NCBI GenBank assembly: GCA_034669905.1
Contig: JAXMOL010000005.1
Span: 96,001-160,000, forward strand
Direction: 5' to 3'
Source of the DNA: Candidatus Hydrogenedentota bacterium
GTDB taxonomy: Bacteria; Hydrogenedentota; Hydrogenedentia; Hydrogenedentales; JAEUWI01
Length of the DNA stretch: 64,000 nt
Shown here: piece by piece, positions 37,034-48,169 of the stretch
Position numbering within the stretch: the first letter of the stretch is position 1
Layout of the letters: the number at the start of each line of letters is the position of its first letter
Notes under the pieces: model-generated
Seen by the model: only the letters and a program-made list of their open reading frames with translations
What the model was told of the DNA's origin: nothing
The model's database searches: none
Translations under genes and position numbers: made by a program

Positions 37034-39598
37034 TTACTCTGCAATCTTCATCCCCGTCACCACCTCCTCCGGCAACAACATCCCCTCGGGCCGGTTTCCA
37101 AACCACGGCGGCACGGTCATGAGACGAACGGCCCCCGCGCCACTTCGAATCTGCCAGAACGTACCCGTCTCTTCCGGCTTCAGCACGAGATGGAAGTAGC
37201 CCGCAGGCTCGTCTTCCATTACCATCCGAACCACCCCATCAGGGCCGATGACCTTTCCCCGCCCATTGCTGAAGAACCCCAACGTCGTCGTACCCTTCGG
37301 CACGTAAAACCAGGCATTCCAACGCGCATGGGGCACGTGGGCGGCGTCCACACTGGAATGGACCACCATGGGCTGTTCGTCCGGCCAGCGCACATGGGTG
37401 AGGTCGCCCCCATCGGACACCACGATGCGATAGGGTCCCGCGGTCGGCAGGGTGAGTCTGACCTCACGGGACTCCTTATCCGGCACCACACTGCGATCTT
37501 CTCCCACCAGGGTCTCCCGTTCGCCCGTGGCGCTTGCGCCGCCGAGCTGCCACACTTCGATCCGCACGGGGCCCCGGTCGCCATAGATATGACCACCGCT
37601 GAGTGTAAGCGGAAGGGTCGTGCCGTCTTCGTCCGCCCACGTGTAAAAGCGCTGGGTACCCCGGCCCTTCCCCAGATTCCCGGATGGGCCGTCGGATTCC
37701 GAAAGAACCGGCAGGGGCCGCAAGTTCTCTGAGAACGCAACGGGCGTAAAGGGGAGCGTGACCTTGGGGAAGCGGGCCACCCCGTCCGCCAGGAGCTTTC
37801 CGATTTCCTCGTCGGAAAAGGGCGTCGAATCCTTCCAGGGATTTTCCCCTTCGGGCACCTGCCAGCGGGCTTCCTCGGGAATCTCCACCGCCTTATCCCG
37901 TCCCACCTGATCCCGATAGAGCCCCCTGGAATGGACCATCATCCTTCCCCGCATACGATAGGCGTGGCGAATCAGCGCCTCAAAAGCGGCCTGGCGGGTT
38001 TCCCCCTCGCCCTCCCGGTACGTCTTAAACAGGTCCACGTAGCGGGCGTAGAGAACCAGGTCCTGGAGCCGCTTTCTGACCTTTTCATCCGGACTCGCCG
38101 CCAGCGCACGGGACAGCCCGCCATAGAGGCGCTCCAGCTGGTCGGAGAGCAACAAGAAGTCGTTGTGCCCGTCCAGTGCCGCATAGACCGCACGAACGGG
38201 CTCCTGAACGCCCGGGAAGGCCTTGTCGAAGAAGTCATCCTTGAGTGCTTCTGCGGATGTGACGGACGTGATATCCCAGAGATAGCGGGAGGCCAGGTAA
38301 TAGCCCAGTCCATTGGGCCCCCAGTTCTCGCTGGACTCGGCGCTCAGAAACCGAGCGCCTTTGCCGTGGAATTCCGTGATTGTACGCCCCAGATAATCCG
38401 GTTTCGTGCCCCGCGCCACTCCCGGTAGATCATGGTCCCAAGGGAAGACGCTGTAGTATTCCCGAATCCCCAGGGTGGCACCTTGGGCGGACCACCCGGC
38501 GACGATTTCTTCCAACGTATATCCCCCGCGCAGGAACGCGGTCGCGACGCTGACCACAACCTGGGGATGTACCCGAATCGTGGGCGGTGGCGAGTGGTAA
38601 TTGTAGGCATACATGCCCACCAGTCGGGTACGCCCCGGCTCCTGAATGGCTTCCGCGACCGTGTTCGCCAAAAAGACCGCCCGGTCACTCACGCTCCCCA
38701 TTTCTACGCACGGCCCGCATTCGCACCAGTTACCGCCATCGCTGGGATCCATGGAGATGCTCTCTCGCTCCGGGTCTTTGGCGAAGACATCCAGCGCGTA
38801 TTCAACGACCCGCTGCCGCAGGGCTTCGTTGCTGATGCAAAACTTCCCATGGGCTTTTACCTGCCGTTCGCCGTTTACCAGCGCGAAAAACTCGGGGTGG
38901 GCATCGAAACTCTCCTGGCAGGCGCGAATAATACGGCCATAGGCGTGGCCCGTATCCAACGAGATACTTCCCCCCATGCGATTCCGTTCACACCAGTCCT
39001 CATAGGCCCCTTTGTTTTCTTTCCAGATGCCATAGCCATACCAGATGCGCCGATTCAGGTAGTCGGGTGCCGTATCGATGGCTACGTCCAGCCGAAGGGT
39101 AGGTTGATGGGGCACGATCTCCCAGGTCTCCCCGGGAAAAAACTGACGGTAGCCCAGTTCATGGAGCACGGCCCACACGGCATGGCGCACCGCCTTCGGC
39201 GTGGCACCGATGACCCACAACCCATTCTCATGAGAACGAATCCAGTATCGTTCCCGCTCGGCGATACCGTCCTCCCATGCCCCGAGCTCCACGCTCTCCG
39301 CTGGCATGCCCTCGCGGGTAGCTACCACGATGCCCCCTGACAAGTCCCCCGTTTCGACGGAAAAGGGCGCGCCGCTAATACGCTGCAGATATTCGGCGAG
39401 CACGTCGGCCGATGCGCGCACCGATGCATCGGCATCGGGAGACACGTGAATTGGAAACTTGCTGCCCCCTTCGTCGCTCAGCACGACGGGTACTCCCCAT
39501 GCGCCCCCGCCAAGCAGCATAGTCCCGATTAAGAGGGCGACAACACGTTGGCCATCCCGAATGAACCGGGGCCCTGGCTTGTATGTAGCTTCAGTCAC
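37034..39598 (-). CDS. Secreted DUF4838-domain protein (glycoside hydrolase-like)
   Basis: GH67/GH20-like N domain (LAEYLQRISG), HPEFFAL, FCISN, CECGPC..SDR, YAY; start uncertain. Confidence 0.75.
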   Translation of the reverse strand: MTEATYKPGPRFIRDGQRVVALLIGTMLLGGGAWGVPVVLSDEGGSKFPIHVSPDADASVRASADVLAEYLQRISGAPFSVETGDLSGGIVVATREGMPAESVELGAWEDGIAERERYWIRSHENGLWVIGATPKAVRHAVWAVLHELGYRQFFPGETWEIVPHQPTLRLDVAIDTAPDYLNRRIWYGYGIWKENKGAYEDWCERNRMGGSISLDTGHAYGRIIRACQESFDAHPEFFALVNGERQVKAHGKFCISNEALRQRVVEYALDVFAKDPERESISMDPSDGGNWCECGPCVEMGSVSDRAVFLANTVAEAIQEPGRTRLVGMYAYNYHSPPPTIRVHPQVVVSVATAFLRGGYTLEEIVAGWSAQGATLGIREYYSVFPWDHDLPGVARGTKPDYLGRTITEFHGKGARFLSAESSENWGPNGLGYYLASRYLWDITSVTSAEALKDDFFDKAFPGVQEPVRAVYAALDGHNDFLLLSDQLERLYGGLSRALAASPDEKVRKRLQDLVLYARYVDLFKTYREGEGETRQAAFEALIRHAYRMRGRMMVHSRGLYRDQVGRDKAVEIPEEARWQVPEGENPWKDSTPFSDEEIGKLLADGVARFPKVTLPFTPVAFSENLRPLPVLSESDGPSGNLGKGRGTQRFYTWADEDGTTLPLTLSGGHIYGDRGPVRIEVWQLGGASATGERETLVGEDRSVVPDKESREVRLTLPTAGPYRIVVSDGGDLTHVRWPDEQPMVVHSSVDAAHVPHARWNAWFYVPKGTTTLGFFSNGRGKVIGPDGVVRMVMEDEPAGYFHLVLKPEETGTFWQIRSGAGAVRLMTVPPWFGNRPEGMLLPEEVVTGMKIAE

Positions 39599-39674
39599 TT
39601 TGTATGCTCTCCCTGACGCCTGCACGAGTGGTGCGGCTGTTCACCGACTATTCTTGCCTGGAAGGATGCCACGA

Positions 39675-41030
39675 ATGATTAACGATGTGCTGCAAAACAA
39701 GTGGGTTCGCGCGGTGGCGCTCCTGGGGGCCCTGATCGGCCTGGTAATCGTCGGCTATCTCCTGAGCGCGGTGTTGGTGCCCCTCTTCCTGGCCTTTATC
39801 GTAGCCTACATCTTTGACCCGGTCATCGACAAGATTGAAACCTATAAAATCTCTCGCGTGGGGGCCATTGTGACCTTGGTCGGCGGCATTGTGCTGGCGG
39901 CAATTATCCTGCCACTCATCATCTTGTCGAGCGTAAGCCGGCAGGCCGATGAAATGATGGACAACACCGCGAAAAGCGCCGCTTCAGGCGATGAAGAAGA
40001 TGAGGAAGCGCTACGATTCCGCACAAAGGTCGCGAACAAGGTGGAAGATTGGTTTGCCCTGGACAGCATGGTGTTGGCCCTGGGGTGGGCGGGCGAGGCT
40101 GACCTGACCCATCAATCGCTCCCAAAGGGGGATGACACCGACGGGGCGGGCGAGGCCGTTGAAGAGGGCGAGCGGGCCGTCTCGGATACGGCGGGCACGG
40201 CGGAGGAAACAAGCGGCGACCAATCCGCAGCCGGGAGAGCAAGCACGGTACGGGATTTGGATTCGCTGGGGATTATTCGTCACAAAATCGGCGAGAAAAT
40301 CACCCAGAACACGGACCAGTTGATTCAATCCTTCTTTCCTGAGTGGAAAACGGCCAGCACCTCGGCCCTGCGCATGATGCGGGCACTGGGCGACATGTTC
40401 CTCAGCACCTTCCTTTTCGTCGGTAACTTTGTGCTCTTCGCCTTCGTCGCCATCTACCTCTTAAAAGACTACGACCACATCGTTGCCCATGGGGATAGCC
40501 TGGTACCCCACCGTTATCGCTTAAAGGTGCGGGATATCATGGGACGTATCGACCGGCAGCTGCGGTCTTTCCTGCGAGGACAGTTCATGGTCTGTTGCTG
40601 CCTGGGCACCATGTATGCTATCGGACTGAGTATTGCCGGGGCCCCCTTCGCCCTCCTGCTCGCCCTCTTCGGAGCCATTGCAAGCTTCGTCCCCTACCTT
40701 GGGCTCGTCTTGACCATCGGTCCGGCCGTCATCCTGACTGTTTTTTACTACAGCGGGATCGACTGGCACCTGGCCGGGGTATTAATCACCTTCGCCGTGG
40801 CCCAGTTCCTGGAAGGGAATTTCCTGACCCCCAAGATTGTCGGGTCCCAGGTCGGACTTGGCCCGGTGTGGGTCATTCTGGCCATCATGATCTTCAGCAG
40901 CACGCTCGGTTTCATCGGCTTACTGCTGGCCGTGCCCATCGCGGCGGTGTTGAAGGTCCTGGCCGAAGAAGGATTGCGACTCTACCGGTCGTCTGATTTC
41001 TACTCCGAGGACGGCGCGGGATCCGCTTGA
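39675..41030 (+). CDS. AI-2E family transporter
   Basis: AYIFDPVI, FLRGQ, FVPYLG, QFLEGNFLTPKIVG, LLAVPIAA. Confidence 0.9.
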   Translation: MINDVLQNKWVRAVALLGALIGLVIVGYLLSAVLVPLFLAFIVAYIFDPVIDKIETYKISRVGAIVTLVGGIVLAAIILPLIILSSVSRQADEMMDNTAKSAASGDEEDEEALRFRTKVANKVEDWFALDSMVLALGWAGEADLTHQSLPKGDDTDGAGEAVEEGERAVSDTAGTAEETSGDQSAAGRASTVRDLDSLGIIRHKIGEKITQNTDQLIQSFFPEWKTASTSALRMMRALGDMFLSTFLFVGNFVLFAFVAIYLLKDYDHIVAHGDSLVPHRYRLKVRDIMGRIDRQLRSFLRGQFMVCCCLGTMYAIGLSIAGAPFALLLALFGAIASFVPYLGLVLTIGPAVILTVFYYSGIDWHLAGVLITFAVAQFLEGNFLTPKIVGSQVGLGPVWVILAIMIFSSTLGFIGLLLAVPIAAVLKVLAEEGLRLYRSSDFYSEDGAGSA

Positions 41031-41911
41031 TGGGCGCTATCGCCCCCCACTTCTTCCGGGGCACTATGGTCCACGTGGATATTCCGTCCCCGACGAAAGA
41101 GCAGGTGGTAGAGCGTGTCACCGATACCGTAGAGCACATAGGCTGCCCCGAGGGGGAAGAGTACCGTACTCGGGGATTTACTGACCGCATAGTGAATCGC
41201 CACAATGGCGAGGGCGTACATACCCAAGGCAAAGAATGCCCGACGCGGTGCCAGCACAAAGGATTTCATTTTGTTCTTGGGATAGCGCACCGTGCTCACC
41301 ATGAGAAAGGCACAGAGCACCGCCATGGGTCCCAGCAGGTAGTAGGCCAGCGGACCGAGATTGTAGGTCTCGAGCTTGTCTTCAAAATAGCTTAAGAACA
41401 ATACAAAAGCCGCCAACGTACCCCCGGCGGCCGGTGAGGGCAATCCCGTAAAATAATCCGTGCGTTCGGCCTGGAAGGTGTTGAATCGGGCCAGACGCAA
41501 GGCCGCACAAATGATGTACACGATGGCCATGTAGGAGCCCGTACGACCAATAATCGATTCCTGGCTATCGGTCAGGGCCAGATGAAGCGTCGGGGCATCG
41601 GGCAGGTAGGATGTGAAGACCAGCACCCCCGGGGCCACGCCGAAGGTGACAATGTCACAAAGGCTGTCGAGTTCCTTGCCGAAGTCGGACGTACTCTTGG
41701 TGATACGCGCCACCGCACCGTCGAGGGTGTCAAAGATAATCCCCACAAGGATAAAGATAGCCGCCTTGCCAAACTCCGCCCCGATACTCGCAAAAATACT
41801 GGCGATACCGCAGTAGAGATTCATGGTCGTCATGACCGACGCAAGCACGTTGATGGGCTTGCGGCGAATCAGATGGCGGCGTTTGTGGGTGCGAAAGCGC
41901 TTGATGTTCAT
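41000..41911 (-). CDS. pssA: CDP-diacylglycerol--serine O-phosphatidyltransferase
   Basis: DTLDGAVAR..FGKELDSLCD, RLARFN, GLPSP. Confidence 0.92.
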   Translation of the reverse strand: MNIKRFRTHKRRHLIRRKPINVLASVMTTMNLYCGIASIFASIGAEFGKAAIFILVGIIFDTLDGAVARITKSTSDFGKELDSLCDIVTFGVAPGVLVFTSYLPDAPTLHLALTDSQESIIGRTGSYMAIVYIICAALRLARFNTFQAERTDYFTGLPSPAAGGTLAAFVLFLSYFEDKLETYNLGPLAYYLLGPMAVLCAFLMVSTVRYPKNKMKSFVLAPRRAFFALGMYALAIVAIHYAVSKSPSTVLFPLGAAYVLYGIGDTLYHLLFRRGRNIHVDHSAPEEVGGDSAHQADPAPSSE

Positions 41912-42552
41912 TGGAATCGTGCCATGATGGTTGTGCCTGCGGCGACTTTCTGGCCCATCTCCACGGTGACTTCCGTGTGGGGTGGCAGATAGAGCTCCGT
42001 GCGAGAGCCGAATCGTATCATACCAAATTTCTCGCCCTTGGCTAACACCACCCCTTCCGCGACCGGGCACACGATGCGCCGCGCCACGGCCCCGGAGATC
42101 TGACGAATGGTCATGGGCCCCCGCTCGGTGTCCATCCACACGGCGTTGGATTCATTCACTTTAGAGGTCTCGGCCAGCCGGGCATCTTTGAAGAGGCCCG
42201 GGGCATATTTTACGGCCGTGACGGTTCCGGAAAAAGGAGCCCGGTTCAGGTGGGCGTTAAACACCGAAAGAAAAATGGAAACCCGACGGCAGGGCCCTTC
42301 GTAGTGGGGCGACTCTTCGAGGTCTTCAATGGCCACAACGGTGCCGTCTGCGGGAGAGACCACTTCTTCGGGTGCGGCCGTTACTTCCCGATGAAAATCA
42401 CGGAAAAACAGGGCCATGCAGATGCCCAGAATCCCCAGGATTAGGGGGGCCACGGGGGCAAGCACGGGCACGAAGGCCGATGCGACGGCAATTACCAATA
42501 CGGGGCCATAAAAGGGCAGGCCCTCTTTCCACCCATTGAAGGGTTTATTCAC
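41908..42552 (-). CDS. psd: Phosphatidylserine decarboxylase proenzyme
   Basis: FFRD, SPADG, HLNRAP, RFGSR cleavage site. Confidence 0.92.
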   Translation of the reverse strand: MNKPFNGWKEGLPFYGPVLVIAVASAFVPVLAPVAPLILGILGICMALFFRDFHREVTAAPEEVVSPADGTVVAIEDLEESPHYEGPCRRVSIFLSVFNAHLNRAPFSGTVTAVKYAPGLFKDARLAETSKVNESNAVWMDTERGPMTIRQISGAVARRIVCPVAEGVVLAKGEKFGMIRFGSRTELYLPPHTEVTVEMGQKVAAGTTIMARFQ

Positions 42553-43295
42553 ATTAACTGCCTTTCTTTGAGGCTTACAAAACGTCCATCGCCAAAGACC
42601 ACATGGTCCAGCAGCGAAATATTGAGAATCTCCCCCGCCTCGGCCAGTCGTTTCGTCAACGCCAAATCGGCCTGGCTCGGCTCGGGATTGCCGCTCGGAT
42701 GATTATGGGCCACGATGACGGACGTAGCCCCTTCACGAACGGCACGGCGAAACACATCACCGGGTGCCGCGAGGGTTTCATTCACGGAGCCACGGGAGAC
42801 ATCTTCCACCGCAATTAATTCGTTTTTCGTATTCAGCAACACACTCTTAAAGTGTTCTGTCTCATACTCTTTGAACTGGTACATTAACAAATCTGCCACG
42901 TCCGCCGCACTACTAATCTTTGTTTTGGGCCCGGCATTGTGGCGCGCCAGGCGCATTCCCAACTCCAACGCCGCCTTAAGTTCAATAGACTTTACCCGCC
43001 CGACCCCAGGCACCTGCTGCATTTCCTGAAGAGTTGCCCGGCCCAGACGCCGCAGATCCCGAAACTCGGCCAATAGCTGCTCCGCCAGCGCCACGGCGCC
43101 CATCGTCCGGGTGCCGGTCCGAAATAAGACCGCAATGAGCTCCGCATCCCGCAGGGCCTCGGGCCCCACCTGTTCCAGACGCTCCCGCGGGCGATCGGTT
43201 TCCGGCATTTCACGAACGGAGGTATTGCGATAGGAAGGCAAAGAATCCACGGAGGGGCCCCTCTCTGCTTCAGGCTGCGCCCGCCCACCGGACAC
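42549..43295 (-). CDS. radC: RadC family JAB-domain protein
   Basis: RPRERL, HhH, AHNHPSGNPEPSQAD, LDH; start uncertain. Confidence 0.9.
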   Translation of the reverse strand: MSGGRAQPEAERGPSVDSLPSYRNTSVREMPETDRPRERLEQVGPEALRDAELIAVLFRTGTRTMGAVALAEQLLAEFRDLRRLGRATLQEMQQVPGVGRVKSIELKAALELGMRLARHNAGPKTKISSAADVADLLMYQFKEYETEHFKSVLLNTKNELIAVEDVSRGSVNETLAAPGDVFRRAVREGATSVIVAHNHPSGNPEPSQADLALTKRLAEAGEILNISLLDHVVFGDGRFVSLKERQLM

Positions 43296-43331
43296 GCCAT
43301 AGACCCCAACAGTGTAACACCGTCAATTCCC

Positions 43332-44174
43332 TCAGGTCGACGCCGGAAAAACACCCTGGGCGATACGATCGTGTCCCGCCAAATCCTTCACTATCGCACA
43401 GTCCACAAAGCCGCGGTCGCGCAAGAGGCCCAAGACCGCCGCCCCCTGAGATTCTCCCATCTCCAGGGCGAGCAGGCCCCCCGGGAGCAACCAATCCGGC
43501 GCTTCCTGCACGATTCGGCGAATACAATCCAGGCCATCGGCACCGGAAAGCAGGGCGCCCGGGTCTTCATAGTTGCGGATATCGGGCGCGAGACCATCCC
43601 AGGTGGCCCTTTCCACATAGGGAGGGTTCGACAAGATCACATGGAATGGGTCCGTGTCTGCGGGAAGGGCGTCAAACAGGTCCCCCTGAAAAACCGGGAG
43701 GCTTTGCTGATGACGGGCCCCGTTTGCCGTAGCAACCCGCACGGCCACGGGATGAATATCCGTGGCCAGCACCGTGGCTCCGGGTGCATGGCAGGCCATG
43801 GCGAGGGCGACGCAACCCGTACCCGTGCAGAGATCCAACACGCGTCCGGCAGCGGAAGGCACATGGGCCAACCCGATTTCGACGAGATGCTCGGTTTCAG
43901 GACGGGGAACAAGGAGGGGCGCTTCAATCGCCAAATCGAGTGAAAAGAATTCCCAGGCGCCCAAAATATAGGCCATAGGCTCGTGGGCGAGACGACGCGT
44001 GATCAGCGGTGCCAGTGACGGCGCATCGACTTCCCCTTCCATCCGGGTGAGCAGCTGGGTCCGGCTCCACCCCATGACGTGCAACAAGAGTAACTCGGCC
44101 TCAAACGCGGGGCATTCGGTCACCCCTGCCAGGCGCTCCGCCACCGCATTCAGGGTGGCCCGGGCCGTAGGCAC
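43332..44174 (-). CDS. prmC: Release factor glutamine methyltransferase
   Basis: VPRPETE, LDLCTGTG, SNPPY. Confidence 0.93.
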   Translation of the reverse strand: MPTARATLNAVAERLAGVTECPAFEAELLLLHVMGWSRTQLLTRMEGEVDAPSLAPLITRRLAHEPMAYILGAWEFFSLDLAIEAPLLVPRPETEHLVEIGLAHVPSAAGRVLDLCTGTGCVALAMACHAPGATVLATDIHPVAVRVATANGARHQQSLPVFQGDLFDALPADTDPFHVILSNPPYVERATWDGLAPDIRNYEDPGALLSGADGLDCIRRIVQEAPDWLLPGGLLALEMGESQGAAVLGLLRDRGFVDCAIVKDLAGHDRIAQGVFPAST

Positions 44175-44176
44175 GA

Positions 44177-45256
44177 CTAGTCTTCCTGAAGCCGCGCGGC
44201 CCGATCGGCGGCAATGAGGGAATTGATCACCTCATCAAGCTCGCCCCCCGCCATCACGCGGTCCAGCGAACTGAGCGACAACTTGATTCGGTGGTCGGTC
44301 AGGCGGTTCTGAGGAAAGTTGTAGGTCCGGATGCGCTCGCTCCGATCCCCACTCCCCACCTGCGAACGACGTTCTTCGGAACGGGAATCGGCCTCCTCCT
44401 GTTGCTTGATGTCGAAGAGACGGGCACGCAGCACTTTCAGGGCCTTGGCCTTGTTCTTGTGCTGGGACTTTTCATCCTGACACGTAACGATCATGCCCGT
44501 CGGCTTATAGGTAATCCGGACAGCAGAGTCCGTGGTATTAACACTCTGACCACCTGGGCCAGAGCTTCGGTACACATCGAACTGAAGATCGTTCATGTCG
44601 AGGTTCAATTCGACCTCTTCCGCTTCGGGCATCACCGCGACGGTAACCGCCGACGTGTGCACCCGCCCCTGGGTTTCCGTATCGGGAACCCGTTGCACGC
44701 GGTGCACGCCGCCTTCAAACTTCATCTGGCTGTAGACCTGATCGCCGGTGATCTGGAACGAGATTTCCTTGTAGCCGCCTAACTCCGTGACGTTGGAGTT
44801 CATGACGTCAATCTTCCAGCCTTTTCGCTCCGTAAAGCGCGAGTACATACGGAAGAGATCGGCCACAAACAAGGCCGCCTCGTCGCCCCCGGTGCCCGCC
44901 CGGATTTCGACAATGGTATTCTTATCATCGTTCGGATCTTTGGGCACCAGCAGGAAACGCAGCTCTTCTTCCAGCGGCTCCAACGTACGCTTAAGCTGGG
45001 CACGCTCTTCCTCGACCATAGCCACCATTTCAGGATCGGTCTCGTCCTGCAACAGGACCTCGGCCTCTTTCAGGCCCGCCTCGGTCTGCTGATAGCGCTT
45101 GAAGCACGTGACCAATTCCGCAATGCGCGCATGCGCCTGGGCATGCTTCCGATAGGCTTCCGGATCAGACGCCACTTCCTGGGTGGACATGGCGGCGCTG
45201 AGCCGTTCGGACTCCTCTAGTACGGCGAGGAGCTTTTCACGCATTGATGGATCCAT
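44177..45256 (-). CDS. prfA: Peptide chain release factor 1
   Basis: GTGGDEA, RVPDTE (PxT), GGQ, RTYNFPQ. Confidence 0.96.
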   Translation of the reverse strand: MDPSMREKLLAVLEESERLSAAMSTQEVASDPEAYRKHAQAHARIAELVTCFKRYQQTEAGLKEAEVLLQDETDPEMVAMVEEERAQLKRTLEPLEEELRFLLVPKDPNDDKNTIVEIRAGTGGDEAALFVADLFRMYSRFTERKGWKIDVMNSNVTELGGYKEISFQITGDQVYSQMKFEGGVHRVQRVPDTETQGRVHTSAVTVAVMPEAEEVELNLDMNDLQFDVYRSSGPGGQSVNTTDSAVRITYKPTGMIVTCQDEKSQHKNKAKALKVLRARLFDIKQQEEADSRSEERRSQVGSGDRSERIRTYNFPQNRLTDHRIKLSLSSLDRVMAGGELDEVINSLIAADRAARLQED

Positions 45257-45364
45257 AGAGATGGTTTTCGCGCCTTAGAGTCGATGAAAAATCATGGCCA
45301 GAAAAAAGACAAACCGGAATTCTCGCAGCACGCGGCCACGATCCATCCGGTCTGACAACGTCCG

Positions 45365-45625
45365 TTAGTCTTTTTTCAGAACCCGTGCATACTTCTTCTG
45401 GAAGCGTTCCACACGGCCTTCACTATCCACGAAGGACTGTTTGCCCGTGTAGAAGGGGTGGGAGTGGCTGGAAATTTCCAGGGTGTAGAGGGGGTATTCC
45501 TTGCCGTCTTCCCAGGTAATGGTCTTGTCGGTCGAAACGGTGGAACGGGTGACCCAGGCCACATCTGCACCAACGTCTTTAAAGACAACTTCCCGGTACG
45601 TTTCGGGGTGAATGCCTTCTTTCAC
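45365..45625 (-). CDS. rpmE: 50S ribosomal protein L31, type B (zinc-free)
   Basis: [22 protein letters not shown]; no cysteines. Confidence 0.93.
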   Translation of the reverse strand: MKEGIHPETYREVVFKDVGADVAWVTRSTVSTDKTITWEDGKEYPLYTLEISSHSHPFYTGKQSFVDSEGRVERFQKKYARVLKKD

Positions 45626-45829
45626 GATAACATCTCCTAAACAACTTGATCTTCGCTAAAACAGGGGGTTCCCAAGTAATGACACACCCCATGTCGGCGA
45701 CAAAGGTGGTCCGATACAAAACGCAGTAGTGTACCAGTTGTGGGGGTGCCAAGGCAACTTTAGCCCAGAAAAAACACTACATCTACCCAATCGGTCGGCA
45801 GACCACCGCGGAATCACGCCACGGGGCCA

Positions 45830-47353
45830 TCACGATTCCTTCGCGAAACTCTCCGAAAGGGCCAAATACTTGTTCATGGCATTCAAATAAGCGCCAACAG
45901 CCGCCTCGATAATATCGGTGCTGGCGCCGTTTCCCTTATAGGTCTTCTCGCCAAAACTGACGCTGACATAGGCCTCGCCCAGGGCATCTTTCCCCGGGGT
46001 CGTGGCCCGCACATCAAAACGCTCCAGACGGCCCGACACACCCACAATACGCTCTATGGCGTTGCAGGCCGCATGGACCGGACCATCCCCGATGGAAGTA
46101 TCCGTGACGGATTCTTCCCCCTTGCGCAGGGTCACCAAGGCCATGGCCGGGTCATTACCTGACGTGCGCAGGTCGTCGAGGTGGTAGATCTCGAAGCTCT
46201 CGTTGTGGAGCGCCACAATGAGCATGCGCAAATCGTCGTCGTAAACTTCTTTCTTCTTATCCGCCAGATCGATAAATTTCTCGTAGAGCGTCTTCAGCTC
46301 TGCTTCGTTCAATTTGTAACCAAGCTCTTCGCTGCGGCTGGCCAACCCGGCGCGGCCGGAATGTTTCCCCAGCACCAGCTCACTACGGCTTCGACCCACC
46401 GACTCGGGCGTCATGATTTCGTAGGTCTGTCGGTTGGCAATCATGCCATGCTGATGAATACCCGATTCGTGGGCAAAGGCATTGCGGCCCACGATGGGCT
46501 TGTTGTAAGGGATGGTCAACCCCGTAATCTTGCTCAACAGGCTGCTCGAAGGGACGAGCTCCAGCGAATCAATGCCACATTCATAATCGTAGACGTCGTG
46601 CCGGGTCCGCATGGCCATAACCACTTCTTCCAACGACGTATTACCCGCCCGCTCACCGATACCGCTGACGGTACACTCAATCTGGCGCGCTCCGCCCTGT
46701 ACCGCGGCCAGGGCATTGGCCACAGCGAGACCAAGGTCGTTGTGGTTGTGGGAAGAAAAAACCACCTTGTCAGCGCCCGGCACATGGGCAATTACATGCT
46801 CAAACATGCCCCGGATTTCCGCTGGGGTCGTATAGCCCACCGTGTCGGGGAGGTTAATCACATCGGCACCGGCCTCGATGGCCACTTTGGTTACTTCTAC
46901 CAGAAAGCCCCAATCCGAGCGGGTCGCATCCTCGGCCGAAAACTCCACGCGCTCCACCAGGTTCTTGGCGAGTGCGACAGCCTTCCCGGCGTTGTCGAGC
47001 ACTTCCTGACGGCTCATGCGGAGCTTATGCTCCAGATGGATATCGGACGTGGCGATGAAGGTATGGAGCACGGGGCGTCGGGCAGGCTCCAGGGCGCCGG
47101 CAGCGCGCTCAATATCGGCGGGCAAGGCCCGTGCCAGGGCCGCCACACGGGAGTTTTCCACATGTTGGGCGACCTTGCGCACCGCTTCAAACTCCTGGGT
47201 GGAGGCGATGGGGAAACCTGCTTCGATAATATCCACGCCCAGCCGGTCCAACTGCTTGGCCATCTGCAGTTTTTCATGCTCATCCATGCTGGCACCGGGC
47301 GACTGCTCGCCATCCCGCAAGGTCGTATCAAAAATCTCTACACGCTCTGCCAT
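45830..47353 (-). CDS. leuA: 2-isopropylmalate synthase
   Basis: [31 protein letters not shown]. Confidence 0.95.
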   Translation of the reverse strand: MAERVEIFDTTLRDGEQSPGASMDEHEKLQMAKQLDRLGVDIIEAGFPIASTQEFEAVRKVAQHVENSRVAALARALPADIERAAGALEPARRPVLHTFIATSDIHLEHKLRMSRQEVLDNAGKAVALAKNLVERVEFSAEDATRSDWGFLVEVTKVAIEAGADVINLPDTVGYTTPAEIRGMFEHVIAHVPGADKVVFSSHNHNDLGLAVANALAAVQGGARQIECTVSGIGERAGNTSLEEVVMAMRTRHDVYDYECGIDSLELVPSSSLLSKITGLTIPYNKPIVGRNAFAHESGIHQHGMIANRQTYEIMTPESVGRSRSELVLGKHSGRAGLASRSEELGYKLNEAELKTLYEKFIDLADKKKEVYDDDLRMLIVALHNESFEIYHLDDLRTSGNDPAMALVTLRKGEESVTDTSIGDGPVHAACNAIERIVGVSGRLERFDVRATTPGKDALGEAYVSVSFGEKTYKGNGASTDIIEAAVGAYLNAMNKYLALSESFAKES

Positions 47354-47585
47354 TACTGCAGTCTCTCCTGTACATGCCCACCTCCCGCTACACGAAGCGA
47401 TGGGGCCAATTCGATCGGTGACGGGCCAACAACGTGGAATGTTGCGGCCCTCCCCATAGTATAGTTCCCTTTCCGCAGGCTAAGCAAAGTCGCACCCGAA
47501 AGGTTGGAAATAACCGGGCTGGCACCATCGCCCGGGCACCGTCCAAGGCATGCACTTTCCGAACAGGATTGGTATACTGGGCCCC

Positions 47586-48167
47586 ATGAAACACACCGAC
47601 CACAAAGCCGTCCGCAGGGCCATTCTGGAAACCCTTTATACCGCCTATCTGGAAGACCCCCTCCGGATGGTGGAACCAGAACTACTCTTCGCCCAGCCCC
47701 CTATCGATCGGGAAAACATTATCCCCAACATCCACTACCTCTACGATCGTAAGCTGGTGGAAATGATGATGGGCTACACCCCGCCCATGTTCTCTGCCGT
47801 GCGGATAACAACCGCGGGCATTGATCTGGTGGAAGATCGGTACACCTTCAACCTCCAGTTTCCGGAACGCCCGGATGGCACAGGCGAAGCCGAAAGTGCT
47901 ATCCCCTATCTGGTGGAGCAGTTGGTCGCTCAGGGCGATCTCACCCCCCTGGATGGCTGGACCCGAAAGCAGTTACTCGGTGACATCCAGTTTCTGCGCA
48001 CAGAGCTTGCCCAACGCCGCAGCTACTGGCGGCCGGAAGTAATCCAGGCCTTGCTGGATTGGATTGAAGCTCGTCATGTGGAATCTGAGGGCGGACTACC
48101 GGCCCTGCCCCCCCTTCGCGCCGCCCTCGCCCGCACCCTGTCAGAACAGGCGCAACGGTCCCACTGA
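47586..48167 (+). CDS. Hypothetical protein (possible N-terminal winged helix)
   Basis: Fills the intergenic gap; RRAILETLY..YLYDRKLVE..RITTAGIDLVE. Confidence 0.6.
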   Translation: MKHTDHKAVRRAILETLYTAYLEDPLRMVEPELLFAQPPIDRENIIPNIHYLYDRKLVEMMMGYTPPMFSAVRITTAGIDLVEDRYTFNLQFPERPDGTGEAESAIPYLVEQLVAQGDLTPLDGWTRKQLLGDIQFLRTELAQRRSYWRPEVIQALLDWIEARHVESEGGLPALPPLRAALARTLSEQAQRSH

Positions 48168-48169
48168 AA

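Noticed and set aside
36461..37732. 423-aa plus-strand ORF
   Set aside because: It overlaps queG out of frame, a REP cluster and the antisense DUF4838 gene, and has non-protein-like composition.
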